A stretch of DNA of 64,000 bases from a virus (Duplodnaviria; Caudoviricetes): the IMG/VR virus record IMGVR_UViG_3300029288_000153, positions 1 through 64,000 of that record; one strand, given 5' to 3'. The translations under genes were made by a program, and so were the position numbers. The notes below the pieces were generated by a model. That model saw only the letters and a list, made by a program, of their open reading frames with translations. It ran no database searches and had not been told where the DNA came from. This document shows, piece by piece, positions 17,067 to 27,752 of the stretch; position 1 is the first letter of the stretch; each line of letters opens with the position of its first letter.

Positions 17067-18725
17067 TTACCCACACGACCCGCCCTTGCCGGCGATATCG
17101 CAAACGTCAGCTTGCTCGTGGAATACTCGCCCAATGTGCGACACGGCGGTGGCATACGACACTACCCCCAGTGGCTGTCCGTCTCTGGCCCCGTCGGGGT
17201 AGACGGTGACGCCCCGTAGCTTGGGCAAATATCGATATAACATATCACCGAACGCCCGCACGGTTGAGTCGTTATTATGTTGCGAGCCCCAAGGGGGGAG
17301 GTTGATCGTGCTCGAAATGCCGTGATCCACGTATCCCTGTATCCAAGCCTGAAAGGCCACCCTGCGTTCAATATTGTCAGCTAATGAATACGCGTCTTCA
17401 ATGGCTTCGGGTCTTATACCCTGATCAATCAGCCTCCTAGCTACCGGATCAACGACATACTCGTAGTTAACCATGTTGCCTTTATAATATCGTCGCCGAT
17501 ATGCTGCACAGAATAACGGCTCAATCGATGCGGTGGTCTCGGCCACAATCGACGTCGTACCGTTTGGCGCACACGCTCGGGTCTTTTTGGGTCTCGATAT
17601 ATCCCACTCGCTGGCCCATTTATTAGCGACCTGCCCGGAAGTGGCGTATATATCCAACAGCTGTCCGAGTTCATCGTCGGGGCCATATACCTTACTTCGT
17701 TTCAGCAGCCACTCGTGCACTCCCATTACTCCGAGTCCTAGTCGGCGATTTTTGGTGCGCACCTTATCGACGGCTGGGTAGGGGACATCTGAGTACACTG
17801 ACCCCGCCAACAAAAAAGCAGTACCAATATCTACCAGCTCCTGCATGTGAGTTGCATCGCGTACATTGGCTATATTGATCGATCCAAGGTTGCAGATATC
17901 GTCCGTGTCGCAAGACGACACCTCGGCACACGCGTTGCGTAGATCTTCACCGGCGTTGTGTCCGATATCTATCGACAACCCCGGCTCGCCCTTTTTTAAA
18001 CCTTGGCGGATCACCTCCCAGTATACATTTCTGGCCAGCGAATGCTTGGGGTGTTTATCGTTATCATACGCCCGAAAGAAATCGTCATCCAGACATACCG
18101 ATACATTGGTCATATCCAAAGTGGCCGGTGATGCGAAGTCCTTGGACTTCATAGCTCTCACCTCAGGCGACCAATCCTTGATATGGATGAACTTCATGAC
18201 ATCGGGATGATCCCACCTTAACCCAGACCATATAGCCGATCGCCTTGCTCCACCTTGCATCACCCATCGTCCAATTTCGTTGATTATATTCATGAGCGCA
18301 AGGGGCCCCGACGACACCCCGCCCGTTTTGCGAATCTTAGCTCCCTCTTCCCTAATAGACGAATAATTGATACCGATTCCGGCACCGGTCATCAAGGCCA
18401 TCATAGAGTTGTGGGCTAAAATAGACCACCCCTCTCGGGAGTCGTCAGCTCTCATAAGCATGCAGTTTTGCACTTGATGTAGCGGCCTACCGGCCGCGTA
18501 CATATATCGTCCCCCCGGGATAAACTCACGAGCCGCGATAGCTTTTTCGGTGGCATCTACTAATTCACGAGATGCATCCACCGCCCCCAATACATGCTTG
18601 GCGACCCTTTTGGCTAGCTGCCCCCAGGTTTCCTGTACTCCGGATTTAAGGGTCCAGGCGTATCGGAGACGAAATACATTTTGGGCGAACGAGGAGCGAA
18701 ACACGTCTAGATCAGGTCGATTCAT
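17067..18725 (-). CDS. nrdJ: Ribonucleotide reductase, class II (B12-dependent) type
   Basis: PGGR, NCM, GAGIG, RRSA, RNACAEV, CNLGSIN, RRLGLGVMG, APNGTTS, ISSTIN, YPDGAR; no NrdB partner in window. Confidence 0.85.
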   Translation of the reverse strand: MNRPDLDVFRSSFAQNVFRLRYAWTLKSGVQETWGQLAKRVAKHVLGAVDASRELVDATEKAIAAREFIPGGRYMYAAGRPLHQVQNCMLMRADDSREGWSILAHNSMMALMTGAGIGINYSSIREEGAKIRKTGGVSSGPLALMNIINEIGRWVMQGGARRSAIWSGLRWDHPDVMKFIHIKDWSPEVRAMKSKDFASPATLDMTNVSVCLDDDFFRAYDNDKHPKHSLARNVYWEVIRQGLKKGEPGLSIDIGHNAGEDLRNACAEVSSCDTDDICNLGSINIANVRDATHMQELVDIGTAFLLAGSVYSDVPYPAVDKVRTKNRRLGLGVMGVHEWLLKRSKVYGPDDELGQLLDIYATSGQVANKWASEWDISRPKKTRACAPNGTTSIVAETTASIEPLFCAAYRRRYYKGNMVNYEYVVDPVARRLIDQGIRPEAIEDAYSLADNIERRVAFQAWIQGYVDHGISSTINLPPWGSQHNNDSTVRAFGDMLYRYLPKLRGVTVYPDGARDGQPLGVVSYATAVSHIGRVFHEQADVCDIAGKGGSCG

Positions 18726-19344
18726 CTTTGTCGTTTCCCGTGCACGGCTCGGCGCCGTTCAGATAGGCATGTAGCAGCAAAACGGCATCTGCTATGTCGT
18801 CGTCCTTAGCCAACAGCTCGATGCCGTATAGCTCCCTAACTCGACGTATCGCTACGTGTTTGATCGTGATCTTCCCCGCAATCCCCAATGTCTTTTTGTC
18901 TAGCTTTTGTCCACACGCCTTAGCTCGACGCTTATGTCTACTCAGTTTTGCGTTGCGATTTTTATCTTCTCGCGACATCTTTGTGGCCGTGACCTTCCGC
19001 CACTCCGAGGTGTTCAGGTACGTTAGTTTGATATCGGTATGTTCTTTGGCAAATGCGTCTAGGAACGCAAAGTGTAGGTACTCTAGCCCCTTCTGAGTAA
19101 ACCTAGATCTAGCTCCGTTTGTCTCTTCTACTACTACTTCATCGATCGGCCGAATTCGCACCTGCTGTATCAACAATTCGGCCATCGCCTTGGCACCTAG
19201 ATAATACCCCCAAGGATGTCTGGCGTAGTCCCTGAGTCGGCGGGGCAAAACGATGACACCGTATTTTAGGGAAGATGGGCCTATGTCGGTATCGATAGAG
19301 GCCCATCCAGTACTAGACGAGATATCGAATGAGAGTAGGCGCAT
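18712..19344 (-). CDS. ruvC: RuvC-like Holliday junction resolvase
   Basis: LLSFDISSSTGW, VVVEE, SEWRK, DDDIADA. Confidence 0.8.
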   Translation of the reverse strand: MRLLSFDISSSTGWASIDTDIGPSSLKYGVIVLPRRLRDYARHPWGYYLGAKAMAELLIQQVRIRPIDEVVVEETNGARSRFTQKGLEYLHFAFLDAFAKEHTDIKLTYLNTSEWRKVTATKMSREDKNRNAKLSRHKRRAKACGQKLDKKTLGIAGKITIKHVAIRRVRELYGIELLAKDDDIADAVLLLHAYLNGAEPCTGNDKDEST

Positions 19345-19352
19345 CGGGGTAG

Positions 19353-19661
19353 CTACTGCGCGCCTCTATCCGACAATACGCGTAGCGCAAATTTTGTGCG
19401 CAGCTTAAGCTCCTTTGTTTGTTGCTTGTATGGGTCGTTGCAGGTGTCGTATTCAGCCTTTTTATTGGCCAGATCGACGTCGTTTTCTTTGGCGATCGCC
19501 AAAGCCTCCATCTCCCCAGCCAACATGGAAATACGCTTGTAGATCTGCTCCGTCGAGTCCGCAGCCACCTCGGCCTTGTACTGGTCATCTAAATTCTTGA
19601 ACTTATCTTTGGCGTTGGGGTCGGCCTTTTCGTTTGTGGGGGCACCGAAATTTCGCGTCAT
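19353..19661 (-). CDS. Hypothetical coiled-coil protein
   Basis: 102 aa, RBS AGGAG. Confidence 0.65.
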   Translation of the reverse strand: MTRNFGAPTNEKADPNAKDKFKNLDDQYKAEVAADSTEQIYKRISMLAGEMEALAIAKENDVDLANKKAEYDTCNDPYKQQTKELKLRTKFALRVLSDRGAQ

Positions 19662-19772
19662 ATATTACTCCTAGTATGGTATAGTATCTACTTCGTTTGT
19701 TTCGCTTGGTTGTACCGTGAGCAGGTCACTGTACATAGAGTGATCATCATAACACGTACTGGGCTGGGCCTG

Positions 19773-21872
19773 CTACATTTCGTATTTAGATTTTTGTCCG
19801 TCGAAGTTGACAACAATTCGTGAATCAAACAGTTCCTGCATTTCACAGCTGTGATCAACCACAAACACAGCCCTATCGACCGAGATGGCTTTTAGTAAAT
19901 CAAAGCAAGCTCCCTTGGCTAATGAATCCAGCCCTTCGAAGCATTCGTCGAGAAAAAGGTATCCAGGGAAGACTCCGGTTCTTTCCGCGATGACATCAGC
20001 TAGCGACAGATCAACAGCCAATTCGAGGGCGCTGTACTGCCCCCCGCTTAGTCCATCTCGGGCTGGCACCACATGTCCGTCTTTTTCCACCACCGGGGTG
20101 ATCTCTTGCCGTATCTTACCTGCCCCGGTCTCTCTTTCACAGGCGAATCTAATGGTGGTGTTGCCGACATTAGGGATCAGCGCTAACCTAGCGTTGGCGA
20201 GGTCCGCGATTCGAGCTAGAGTTTCGTCAAAAAGATAAGACAGAAACCCCTTCACCAACACACAGAAATCGCTCTCCAAAGTCACCGCTCGCTCCGCCTC
20301 CTCTACACCTGCTCGCGCCCGCTCAACAGCAGCTACGGCTTTGTTCCTAATTACTAACGCGTCTGTGTAGAATCTCTCAGCTAACGCATTCTCCTTATGG
20401 GCAGCGGCGACCGCCTGTTTGGCGGCAGACACTCGATGCCCTATAGACGATACGGCAATCTGAAGTTCCCCTAGTTGCTGACGGACCTTTTCTTCTTCGG
20501 AGGTAATGACGTTGGCGGCATTAATGTCCCGATCGGCTGCGGCCTGTAGCCGGTGATACTCGCCTTTGGCGTTGGCGACCAACACATCTCTGATCGACTT
20601 GGCGTTGGCGATGCAACTACGTAGCTCCTGTTCCTGTTCTCTGAGAGCGACAGGTACGGGATCAGCGTTCCTTATCTGAGTTACTACAGCGCTGCGCTCC
20701 GCCATCAACCCTTTTAAGGTCTCTACCTGTGCGCGAGCATCTATGGCTTCTGCTATCACTTTTTGCTGTATGGCGATATCATTTTCACATCGATCGATCG
20801 CCGTAATTCGATTAGGATCCCCCGACCAAGAACGATGACACGTAAAGCATATCTCCGACTTCAGCTGCTTTAGTTCGGATCCTGTTTGCGCCAATTGAGA
20901 CATCGCACCGTCGTGACGATCGATAATCGTCTTCAGTCCACTGACAAGATCAACAACCTCAGCCAATTCTTTTTCGGCACTAACCAAGCTAGCGCGGTGT
21001 GTTGCTTTATATAACTCTACTTGTTTCCGTAGTGCCTGTAACCTCTCCTCCACGTCAGCTACGTCGACAGCTGGTACCTGATCCATATCCGCTTGGGCCT
21101 GTACGATCTTAGGGAACCAGTCGTCGCGAATAAGCTCCACATCTCTAGCATGTTTGGTTGTTAGATGCAGATCAAGGTCCTTGAGCACCTGCATTTGCTT
21201 ATCAAGTAACACCTGCTCTGATTCCAGTGCCACCACACGGGCCTGCAATAGATCGACATCAACCTGTGGTGACTTCGTTGGTTGAGGAGGTATCGCCTCT
21301 AGTAACGTCTGTTGACGGGCTTGGGCCCTGATCGTATCGTCATTCAAGGCGGTCAGCTTTTTAGTTGACTGCTCGATAACGCTCTCAAACCGATCCAGTC
21401 CAAGTAGCTCGGTGAGGAACTGTTTTTTTTCACGGTCCCCCATCGACAAGAATAGTCCCGGGGTTTTTTGCGATCGATACGTCAAGGCCTTTAGAAAACC
21501 AGGCCCAATTCCAAACGCCCCTACCAACCCTTCGCTAATAGACTTAGCTGATGTGTGGGGTTTATCTTCACCTGGCAGTAAAATACTGGCCGGTCTACCG
21601 CGCGTCACCTCCATGCTACCTTTGGCGGTCTCGATTTTTAGCGACACACGCATTGATTCGTCAGTCAACCAACTCCAGCTTTGTAGGGCGGTGGCGGCGA
21701 TGTCGGAATATCCTAGCGCAAACGCTACGCCCTCGGCCAGAGTTGACTTTCCCGCCCCCGACGGCCCGACGATCAGGTGGATGCCTCTAGTAGGCAAGGT
21801 AATCGTCTGCTCATCTACCACTGACCGAAACGCTCTTAAACTTAAGGACGTCAACGAAAACGATGGAATCAC
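19773..21872 (-). CDS. sbcC: SbcC/Rad50/gp46-like SMC ATPase
   Basis: GPSGAGKST, long coiled coil with CxxC hook (CFTC), LSGGQ, LFLDE. Confidence 0.92.
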   Translation of the reverse strand: MIPSFSLTSLSLRAFRSVVDEQTITLPTRGIHLIVGPSGAGKSTLAEGVAFALGYSDIAATALQSWSWLTDESMRVSLKIETAKGSMEVTRGRPASILLPGEDKPHTSAKSISEGLVGAFGIGPGFLKALTYRSQKTPGLFLSMGDREKKQFLTELLGLDRFESVIEQSTKKLTALNDDTIRAQARQQTLLEAIPPQPTKSPQVDVDLLQARVVALESEQVLLDKQMQVLKDLDLHLTTKHARDVELIRDDWFPKIVQAQADMDQVPAVDVADVEERLQALRKQVELYKATHRASLVSAEKELAEVVDLVSGLKTIIDRHDGAMSQLAQTGSELKQLKSEICFTCHRSWSGDPNRITAIDRCENDIAIQQKVIAEAIDARAQVETLKGLMAERSAVVTQIRNADPVPVALREQEQELRSCIANAKSIRDVLVANAKGEYHRLQAAADRDINAANVITSEEEKVRQQLGELQIAVSSIGHRVSAAKQAVAAAHKENALAERFYTDALVIRNKAVAAVERARAGVEEAERAVTLESDFCVLVKGFLSYLFDETLARIADLANARLALIPNVGNTTIRFACERETGAGKIRQEITPVVEKDGHVVPARDGLSGGQYSALELAVDLSLADVIAERTGVFPGYLFLDECFEGLDSLAKGACFDLLKAISVDRAVFVVDHSCEMQELFDSRIVVNFDGQKSKYEM

Positions 21873-22429
21873 GGCACGAATCCTACTTGACCAAAGATCG
21901 ATCTAAAAGCCCATTCGTATGCATTGCCGTAATATAACACTGCTATAGGCTTGGGGATACATGATTTAGCGGGCACCGGCACCTTATTATCGTTGCGAGT
22001 CCAAAACACCACCCTATGACGTAGAAAACAGACCACGGCCTTATCCCAGACCGAATTAAACCAAAAATTAGTCTCCACAGCCGCGGGGACCAGCGCGATC
22101 ACATCACACCCCTTCTGTGACGACTCCTCACACTTTCGTAGCCAATCAGCCATCGACGTGGCTCGCCCCCCACAAATTTCCGGATGAGGGGCAGTGCGTC
22201 CATACGGTGGGTTAACAAATATCCGTCCCGTCCATGGTTCCGACAGTCCGTCTCTACCGTCCCCGCCCCACGCCCTTGGTCCTGTGTAGGTTTGCTTGGC
22301 CGATACCCACCCCCTCGCGCTACCACAGGGGTCTAAGTCGATTTCCTGAAAGACATCAACCACCTTGTCTATAATCTCGGGTGGTGTAAGCCACGACTGA
22401 CCGGTACTGTCTATGATAGCTCCTGCCAT
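21869..22429 (-). CDS. Phage DNA N6-adenine methyltransferase
   Basis: WLTPPE, IDLDPC, VNPPY, ALVPA motifs. Confidence 0.85.
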   Translation of the reverse strand: MAGAIIDSTGQSWLTPPEIIDKVVDVFQEIDLDPCGSARGWVSAKQTYTGPRAWGGDGRDGLSEPWTGRIFVNPPYGRTAPHPEICGGRATSMADWLRKCEESSQKGCDVIALVPAAVETNFWFNSVWDKAVVCFLRHRVVFWTRNDNKVPVPAKSCIPKPIAVLYYGNAYEWAFRSIFGQVGFVP

Positions 22430-22458
22430 AGGACCCCTTTTAGATATAATATAACACG

Positions 22459-22710
22459 CTATCGCGTCCGGTAATCGGCGTGTGCTCGCTCGTCGTATAG
22501 TTGTTCCGCGTCCACGTACCGCTCGACGTCCTTAATCATATGCCCCATACGCAGCACCTCCTTGTTATGCAGTGATGGGGCGGTCGGGGTCCGGACACAG
22601 ACTCCATCACAATGCCTACACGGTAGACCTTGATTAGCTTCGGCCGACGTATCGAGCAGGACTTTTTGAATCATGGCACAGTTCTGGCAAGTTAAAATAA
22701 ACAAAGGCAT
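22459..22710 (-). CDS. FmdB-like zinc-ribbon protein
   Basis: MPLFILTCQNC...PCRHC. Confidence 0.7.
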   Translation of the reverse strand: MPLFILTCQNCAMIQKVLLDTSAEANQGLPCRHCDGVCVRTPTAPSLHNKEVLRMGHMIKDVERYVDAEQLYDERAHADYRTR

Positions 22711-22740
22711 GGTATGCCCTTCTTGGCGTTGGGCATCTAG

Positions 22741-24576
22741 CTACCAGTGCTCGTTAGCTGTCTCGATAGATGCGTTGCGATCCCAACCTGCAGCCTCGCG
22801 AGCCTCGCAACGCTCTAACTCGGCATCTCGGGGAAACACCACCACCCCACCCAGCGTCCCCAGTAAGGTAGCGATAGAGATACTGTTACGTAGCGCCTCT
22901 AGCACAGCTGGGGTAGCATCGAGGACGCCTGAATGAAATGCGTCGACTGTCTTCCCGTTAGCTGCATCGTATATTTGGGTGCCTACGCCGATTTTTGGTT
23001 GTATGGCGGCTATCTCGTCGGCGTTGAGGCCGACGTTGTTAAGTAGCCTAATCCACGGCTCGTGTAGAGCAGGGACCAGTACCTCATTTACAATGGATAG
23101 TACATCGGGCTTTTTGCTGTATTGTTTGACTAATAGATGTGTCAGTTTTAGTAACGTCCAGCAACCACCAGGCAACACTCCGCTTTTTAGCGAGCCCTGA
23201 ACTGACCGCACCGCATCGTCACAGCGATCTCGACGCTCCCGAATATCGCCAGTCGACGATCCGACCACAAACAGCTTGGCGATCCCCCCTACTAAACTGG
23301 CTCTGCGCTCTTCAATTAGCCTGCGATCGAGTTCACTAATAGCATTCTTGGACATACCCGCCAGGACCTCGGCTCGTTCAATGACTTCGTCGGGGTCATT
23401 GACACCGACCAAGGTGGATCGAAAACGCAATGCCTCGAATTCCTTTGCTCTTCCCACCCATGGCAGGTGGTAGACATCTCCTTGGTCGTCTACTTCTATA
23501 GGCCGGGCCGTATCGAACGGCGCCGAGACCGGATCAAAAATTTGAGCGCCAGTTACCGCAGACAAATCGTCCAAAAACATAACCTCGCCGTTCATCAACG
23601 CACACCGAGGGGTAATCACGGGGTACACCTTTAGCGACCCTTTTGTCCAATTCAGCATCAGCGAGCCTAATACGGCATCGCTAAACCCATGGGCGACCAG
23701 CACCACCCCAGGGGCTCGTAGCTTCGGCATGTCGGCGATAGCGGGAGATACCCCGGTACCGTTATTGAGGGCATCCTGCAGGATATTAAGCAGCGGCATT
23801 GCTGTGGCGATATCGGTAATCGATCCATTGTATAATACGACACAAGGTTCTTCCAAAAAGACTCGATTATTGCTCTTGTCGTTCATGAACGCGCTCGACC
23901 ATCGCGCCACCGAATCTTCGATCCCCGTAGGAATAGGAAATCCATCTAGTTTTTCGACCTCATACCCAGATGGCCCGCTTTTATCTGATAGACAAATGTT
24001 GCCGTTGTCTCCGATCAGATCAAAACACGACATCACGGCGTCGGCTAATCGTTCTTCGCCGTTCGCCGAGATCAGCGCGACAGAACGGCAGAGTCTACGT
24101 CCTTCTGAGGTAGATATATCCACCTTGGTGGCCCATTCTTTGATTGCTGGCTCGATCGTATCCTCAAAGATCTTTTGAATTGTCTGAACGATTCGTTGTG
24201 GCGGGATCTCTGGGTGACGTGTATGAAACTCTTGAGCGCCGCGCAGTAGCGCATAAGACAAAACCGTCGCGGTAGATGTACCGTCCCCCGCTTCACTGAC
24301 AGTACGCACAGCAGCATCCCTTGCCGACTCCATAATCGAATGAGCAACAGGGTTTTGAAACCCTAAATGCTGAAACACGGTTACGCCATCTTTGGTTAGA
24401 ATTGGAGGCAGTGAGAACTCCTGTCGCTCAATCATCACAGGGGATCCACCGGGGCCCAATGTAGCACCTACGATATCAGAGATCGTCTTCATCGTATTTA
24501 GGATGAGTTTATCTAGATCCGGAGAGCGAACCTTCACCAACTTCGCTGCGGCTTGCACTTTTAAATGTGCTGTCAT
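22741..24576 (-). CDS. groL: Chaperonin GroEL
   Basis: TLGPGG, TKDGVTV, AGDGTSTATV, DDA, GVLPGGC, GVLD. Confidence 0.95.
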   Translation of the reverse strand: MTAHLKVQAAAKLVKVRSPDLDKLILNTMKTISDIVGATLGPGGSPVMIERQEFSLPPILTKDGVTVFQHLGFQNPVAHSIMESARDAAVRTVSEAGDGTSTATVLSYALLRGAQEFHTRHPEIPPQRIVQTIQKIFEDTIEPAIKEWATKVDISTSEGRRLCRSVALISANGEERLADAVMSCFDLIGDNGNICLSDKSGPSGYEVEKLDGFPIPTGIEDSVARWSSAFMNDKSNNRVFLEEPCVVLYNGSITDIATAMPLLNILQDALNNGTGVSPAIADMPKLRAPGVVLVAHGFSDAVLGSLMLNWTKGSLKVYPVITPRCALMNGEVMFLDDLSAVTGAQIFDPVSAPFDTARPIEVDDQGDVYHLPWVGRAKEFEALRFRSTLVGVNDPDEVIERAEVLAGMSKNAISELDRRLIEERRASLVGGIAKLFVVGSSTGDIRERRDRCDDAVRSVQGSLKSGVLPGGCWTLLKLTHLLVKQYSKKPDVLSIVNEVLVPALHEPWIRLLNNVGLNADEIAAIQPKIGVGTQIYDAANGKTVDAFHSGVLDATPAVLEALRNSISIATLLGTLGGVVVFPRDAELERCEAREAAGWDRNASIETANEHW

Positions 24577-24618
24577 ATGTTACCTTTCGTCTAGCTCGAC
24601 TGGAACGGTCCCTTACAG

Positions 24619-25284
24619 TCAAAATGAAAACACTACTCTCCCTGATAAAATATCATTTACCGGCCCTTCTCCTCGTCGAGCACGAGCCAAGGAGGCTTTG
24701 ACGTATCTTTTACGTAACCGATCTAGTTCCTCTTGTTCCGGGGACACTACCCGAGGTTTACGTATATCGTCAAGTAGCTTTTGGGCGATCTGACGGGCTC
24801 GTTCAACCATCATAGCTGTTTCTATTTCTGTTTTTGTTTCGGCGGCAGAAGAAGACACGTTGATACCACAGGCCGTGTAGTCTGCTGCCCCAAAACCTAG
24901 AACATCACGCCTAGGAGGTATTTTTATAGCGGTATCTAATCGTTTAGGAGTTTTTGACATCTGCGAGGTAGAGGAGGTGTCGTGATACGAGGATTGCTTG
25001 TAGTTTTTGATTTCATGTCGTGTAAGTCCAAACACGGGGACACGATCGTTTGGACGTATCAGTCGTTTCGAGAACCACCCACCTTCTTGTCGGAAAGCGA
25101 AGGTTGTTTTATTTATCTTGTGGAATTTATTAAGTATTTTAATGTATCGTCGCACTGTCCTAGGCGATACATCTAATTCTTGCGCCAGAAACTTGTCTCC
25201 AGCGTTACACCACCCTCTACGAGCGAGGCTAGATATCAGTATCATACAGCGATTCAGTTGAGTGGAGAGTCTGTTGGATCTCAT
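24619..25284 (-). CDS. Winged-helix protein, phage replication-initiator-like
   Basis: GWCNAGDKFLAQELDVSPRTVRRYIKIL; adjacent to 84-bp repeats. Confidence 0.65.
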   Translation of the reverse strand: MRSNRLSTQLNRCMILISSLARRGWCNAGDKFLAQELDVSPRTVRRYIKILNKFHKINKTTFAFRQEGGWFSKRLIRPNDRVPVFGLTRHEIKNYKQSSYHDTSSTSQMSKTPKRLDTAIKIPPRRDVLGFGAADYTACGINVSSSAAETKTEIETAMMVERARQIAQKLLDDIRKPRVVSPEQEELDRLRKRYVKASLARARRGEGPVNDILSGRVVFSF

Positions 25285-25350
25285 TTTGATAAGTAGTTGC
25301 TGACGATACTATAACACGGCGTCGAATGAATCACCACAACATCGTAGAAG

Positions 25351-25434
25351 TCCACTGTCCTCTAGATCTGTATTTTAATATATCACGTAGATCTCTATAT
25401 GATCACAGATCTAGCGGCCAAAAACAAGATGGCT
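25351..25434 (+). repeat. 84-bp perfect direct repeat, copy 1 (candidate origin/iteron)
   Basis: Identical to 25482-25565; three AGATCT palindromes and a leftward CGTGA-TATATT promoter per unit. Confidence 0.9.
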
Positions 25435-25481
25435 GTACCTAAAGAAGGAGGTTATTGGGAGATTTAAATAGCAGTATTTAC

Positions 25482-25565
25482 TCCACTGTCCTCTAGATCT
25501 GTATTTTAATATATCACGTAGATCTCTATATGATCACAGATCTAGCGGCCAAAAACAAGATGGCT
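25482..25565 (+). repeat. 84-bp perfect direct repeat, copy 2
   Basis: Identical to 25351-25434; 47-bp spacer between copies. Confidence 0.9.
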
Positions 25566-25620
25566 ATCGATATAGAGGCATGTTATAGTTACGTTAAGGG
25601 ATATGAACACTGCTCACTAG

Positions 25621-26214
25621 GTGGTGTACGAGAAATCTATGTTAATCACATTTATTGGAGTCCCGTGTTCAGGAAAAACCTCGGTGGCATCTCGATTATT
25701 CGCTGACCTCAAGGATCACGGGTTGTCGGTGGAGTTACTAACCGAACAGGCACGCATGTATATTGCGAAAAAAAAATACCGTGAAAAGAACGGGTTTACT
25801 GGGTTGGATACCAATGATCAATTTACTATTATGCGGGAACAGGCTATCAATGAATTAGCTCTAGCAGCTAATTCGTCTTCGATCGTAATAGCAGACTCAT
25901 GTGCCCTGTCGGCACTTTTCTACGTTCCTAAATCAGAAATAACTCAGACTGCTATCTGTTTAGCTAGACGGATGGCTCCTAGGTATAGTCTAATATTCCG
26001 CTGTGCGGCTGTTGTGCCGGGAATTAACTATGATCCCTTGCGAATACATAGCTACGAAGAGTCAATCGCCCTGGAGCCTAGAATTGACGATGTGTTGGCT
26101 CTAGCGCGAGTAAACGACGATCGGATCGTGCGATTATATGGCGATAACAACACTCGCGCCCTAGATGCCGGTCGTATAACTACTGCTTTGATATATGAGG
26201 AGTTCAGGCGTTGA
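25621..26214 (+). CDS. P-loop nucleoside/nucleotide kinase (NadR/AAA_28-like)
   Basis: FIGVPCSGKTS, LTEQAR, IADSC. Confidence 0.75.
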   Translation: MVYEKSMLITFIGVPCSGKTSVASRLFADLKDHGLSVELLTEQARMYIAKKKYREKNGFTGLDTNDQFTIMREQAINELALAANSSSIVIADSCALSALFYVPKSEITQTAICLARRMAPRYSLIFRCAAVVPGINYDPLRIHSYEESIALEPRIDDVLALARVNDDRIVRLYGDNNTRALDAGRITTALIYEEFRR

Positions 26215-27752
26215 AATTGATTATTACGTCATCAACCCCCGCTGAGTTGACCGTGACGGAGGCCACGGAGTCTGATTTGTCTACCTTAAGATCCTTGTTG
26301 ACTTTTCGTGATCGTCAGGTTGAATTTCTGGTCTCGAAACATAAACGGAACAGAAGGTGGAGGGATTCTGCAACCGAAACCTGGAAGAGTAAGTTAGATG
26401 ATTTGACAGGTCAGATCACTCGATGTTTGTTGCTCTCCGATGATTCAGGCAGATGGTATACCTACGTTGGTCTGGCCTCGTATATTCAACAAGCCATGCC
26501 GGGGACAGTAGTAGAAAATCAAGTACAATACCCGGTCCCCGCACCTGTCGCTTGGGAGCATGTACCTAAGTATTCTCCTCGCTATTATCAGTCAGAGGCC
26601 AAAGCGGCGCTTTGGGTCACCAGACACGGCGCAATCAGTATGCCAACAGGATCTGGTAAGTCGTATATAATTAGTGAGCTGTGTCGTGATTTAGGAGTGA
26701 GGGCTGTAATCATGGCCCCTACTACCAGTATTGCTCGACAGTTATATTGCGACTTTTTGTCGCTGTTTGGTAAGAAAAATGTTGGTCTGTATGGCGACGG
26801 AAAAAAAGAAATTGGCAAGAGATTTACTATCGGCATAGCGGCAAGTTTAACTAGAGTTGAGATTGGGTCGGAGGCGTGGAATTTTTTCTCGAACAGCGAT
26901 TTGGTTATCTGCGATGAATCTCACCTACTACCAGCCACCACCTTTGAGCACGTATGTATGGGGCTATTACGCACCGCCCCTTATCGTTTTTTTGTTTCGG
27001 CCACTCAAATGCGCACGGATGGTGCCGAGCTATTGTTAAGGGGTATAGTTGGTGATATCGTTTACCGGAAAGAATTCCAAGAGCTAGTGGACGAGGAATT
27101 CTTAGCTAAGCCTCATTTTGTTATGGCGCGGATCCCCTCAACTCACCCTTATCACGGAGACGATGCATTAAAGATGTCGCAGCATCACCTATTGTACAAT
27201 AAGCGTATAATTGAACATGCGGGGCGTCTAATTAACGGGATGGCCAAGCAAGGCAAGAGGGTGCTGGTGTTGATAGATGAAATTGCTCAATTTGCTGCAC
27301 TGCTACCTCAGTTGCGTGTACAGGTAGGGTTTGCACATGGAGGTTGCACGGCCGTAAATCGAGATTCGGTACCCGGGGAATATCGTAAATCCGATCCTCA
27401 GGCTTTGGTGCGAGCGTTCGACGCCGGTGAATTGCCTGTGCTCGTTGGGACTAGCTGTATTGGCATTGGTACGGATATCCGCTCTCCCGAGGTTGTGGTG
27501 TTTTTGCAAGGAGGAATGAGCGAAATACAGGTCACGCAGGCGCTGGGCAGAGGCACTCGGCGGGGGTATGTATATCCCGACGGTCATACCAAGTCGGATT
27601 TTTTATTTGTGGACTATGCCCCCGTGGTTCAGAATGGACACTATCAGGATGGTGTCGGTAAGATGTCCTCGGTATATCGACACGCATTGGCGCGATCGAA
27701 GATTTACGAGCAGATATATCCCAATTCGCTGAAGTGGGTGCAATATGACTAA
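26211..27752 (+). CDS. uvsW: SF2 DNA helicase, UvsW-like
   Basis: RYYQ, PTGSGKS, CDESH, SAT, QALGRGTR. Confidence 0.85.
   Translation: MKLIITSSTPAELTVTEATESDLSTLRSLLTFRDRQVEFLVSKHKRNRRWRDSATETWKSKLDDLTGQITRCLLLSDDSGRWYTYVGLASYIQQAMPGTVVENQVQYPVPAPVAWEHVPKYSPRYYQSEAKAALWVTRHGAISMPTGSGKSYIISELCRDLGVRAVIMAPTTSIARQLYCDFLSLFGKKNVGLYGDGKKEIGKRFTIGIAASLTRVEIGSEAWNFFSNSDLVICDESHLLPATTFEHVCMGLLRTAPYRFFVSATQMRTDGAELLLRGIVGDIVYRKEFQELVDEEFLAKPHFVMARIPSTHPYHGDDALKMSQHHLLYNKRIIEHAGRLINGMAKQGKRVLVLIDEIAQFAALLPQLRVQVGFAHGGCTAVNRDSVPGEYRKSDPQALVRAFDAGELPVLVGTSCIGIGTDIRSPEVVVFLQGGMSEIQVTQALGRGTRRGYVYPDGHTKSDFLFVDYAPVVQNGHYQDGVGKMSSVYRHALARSKIYEQIYPNSLKWVQYD

Noticed and set aside
25351-25565. 84-bp repeat pair as a mini CRISPR array
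   Set aside because: The repeat is far longer than CRISPR repeats, there are only two copies, and there are no cas genes in the window
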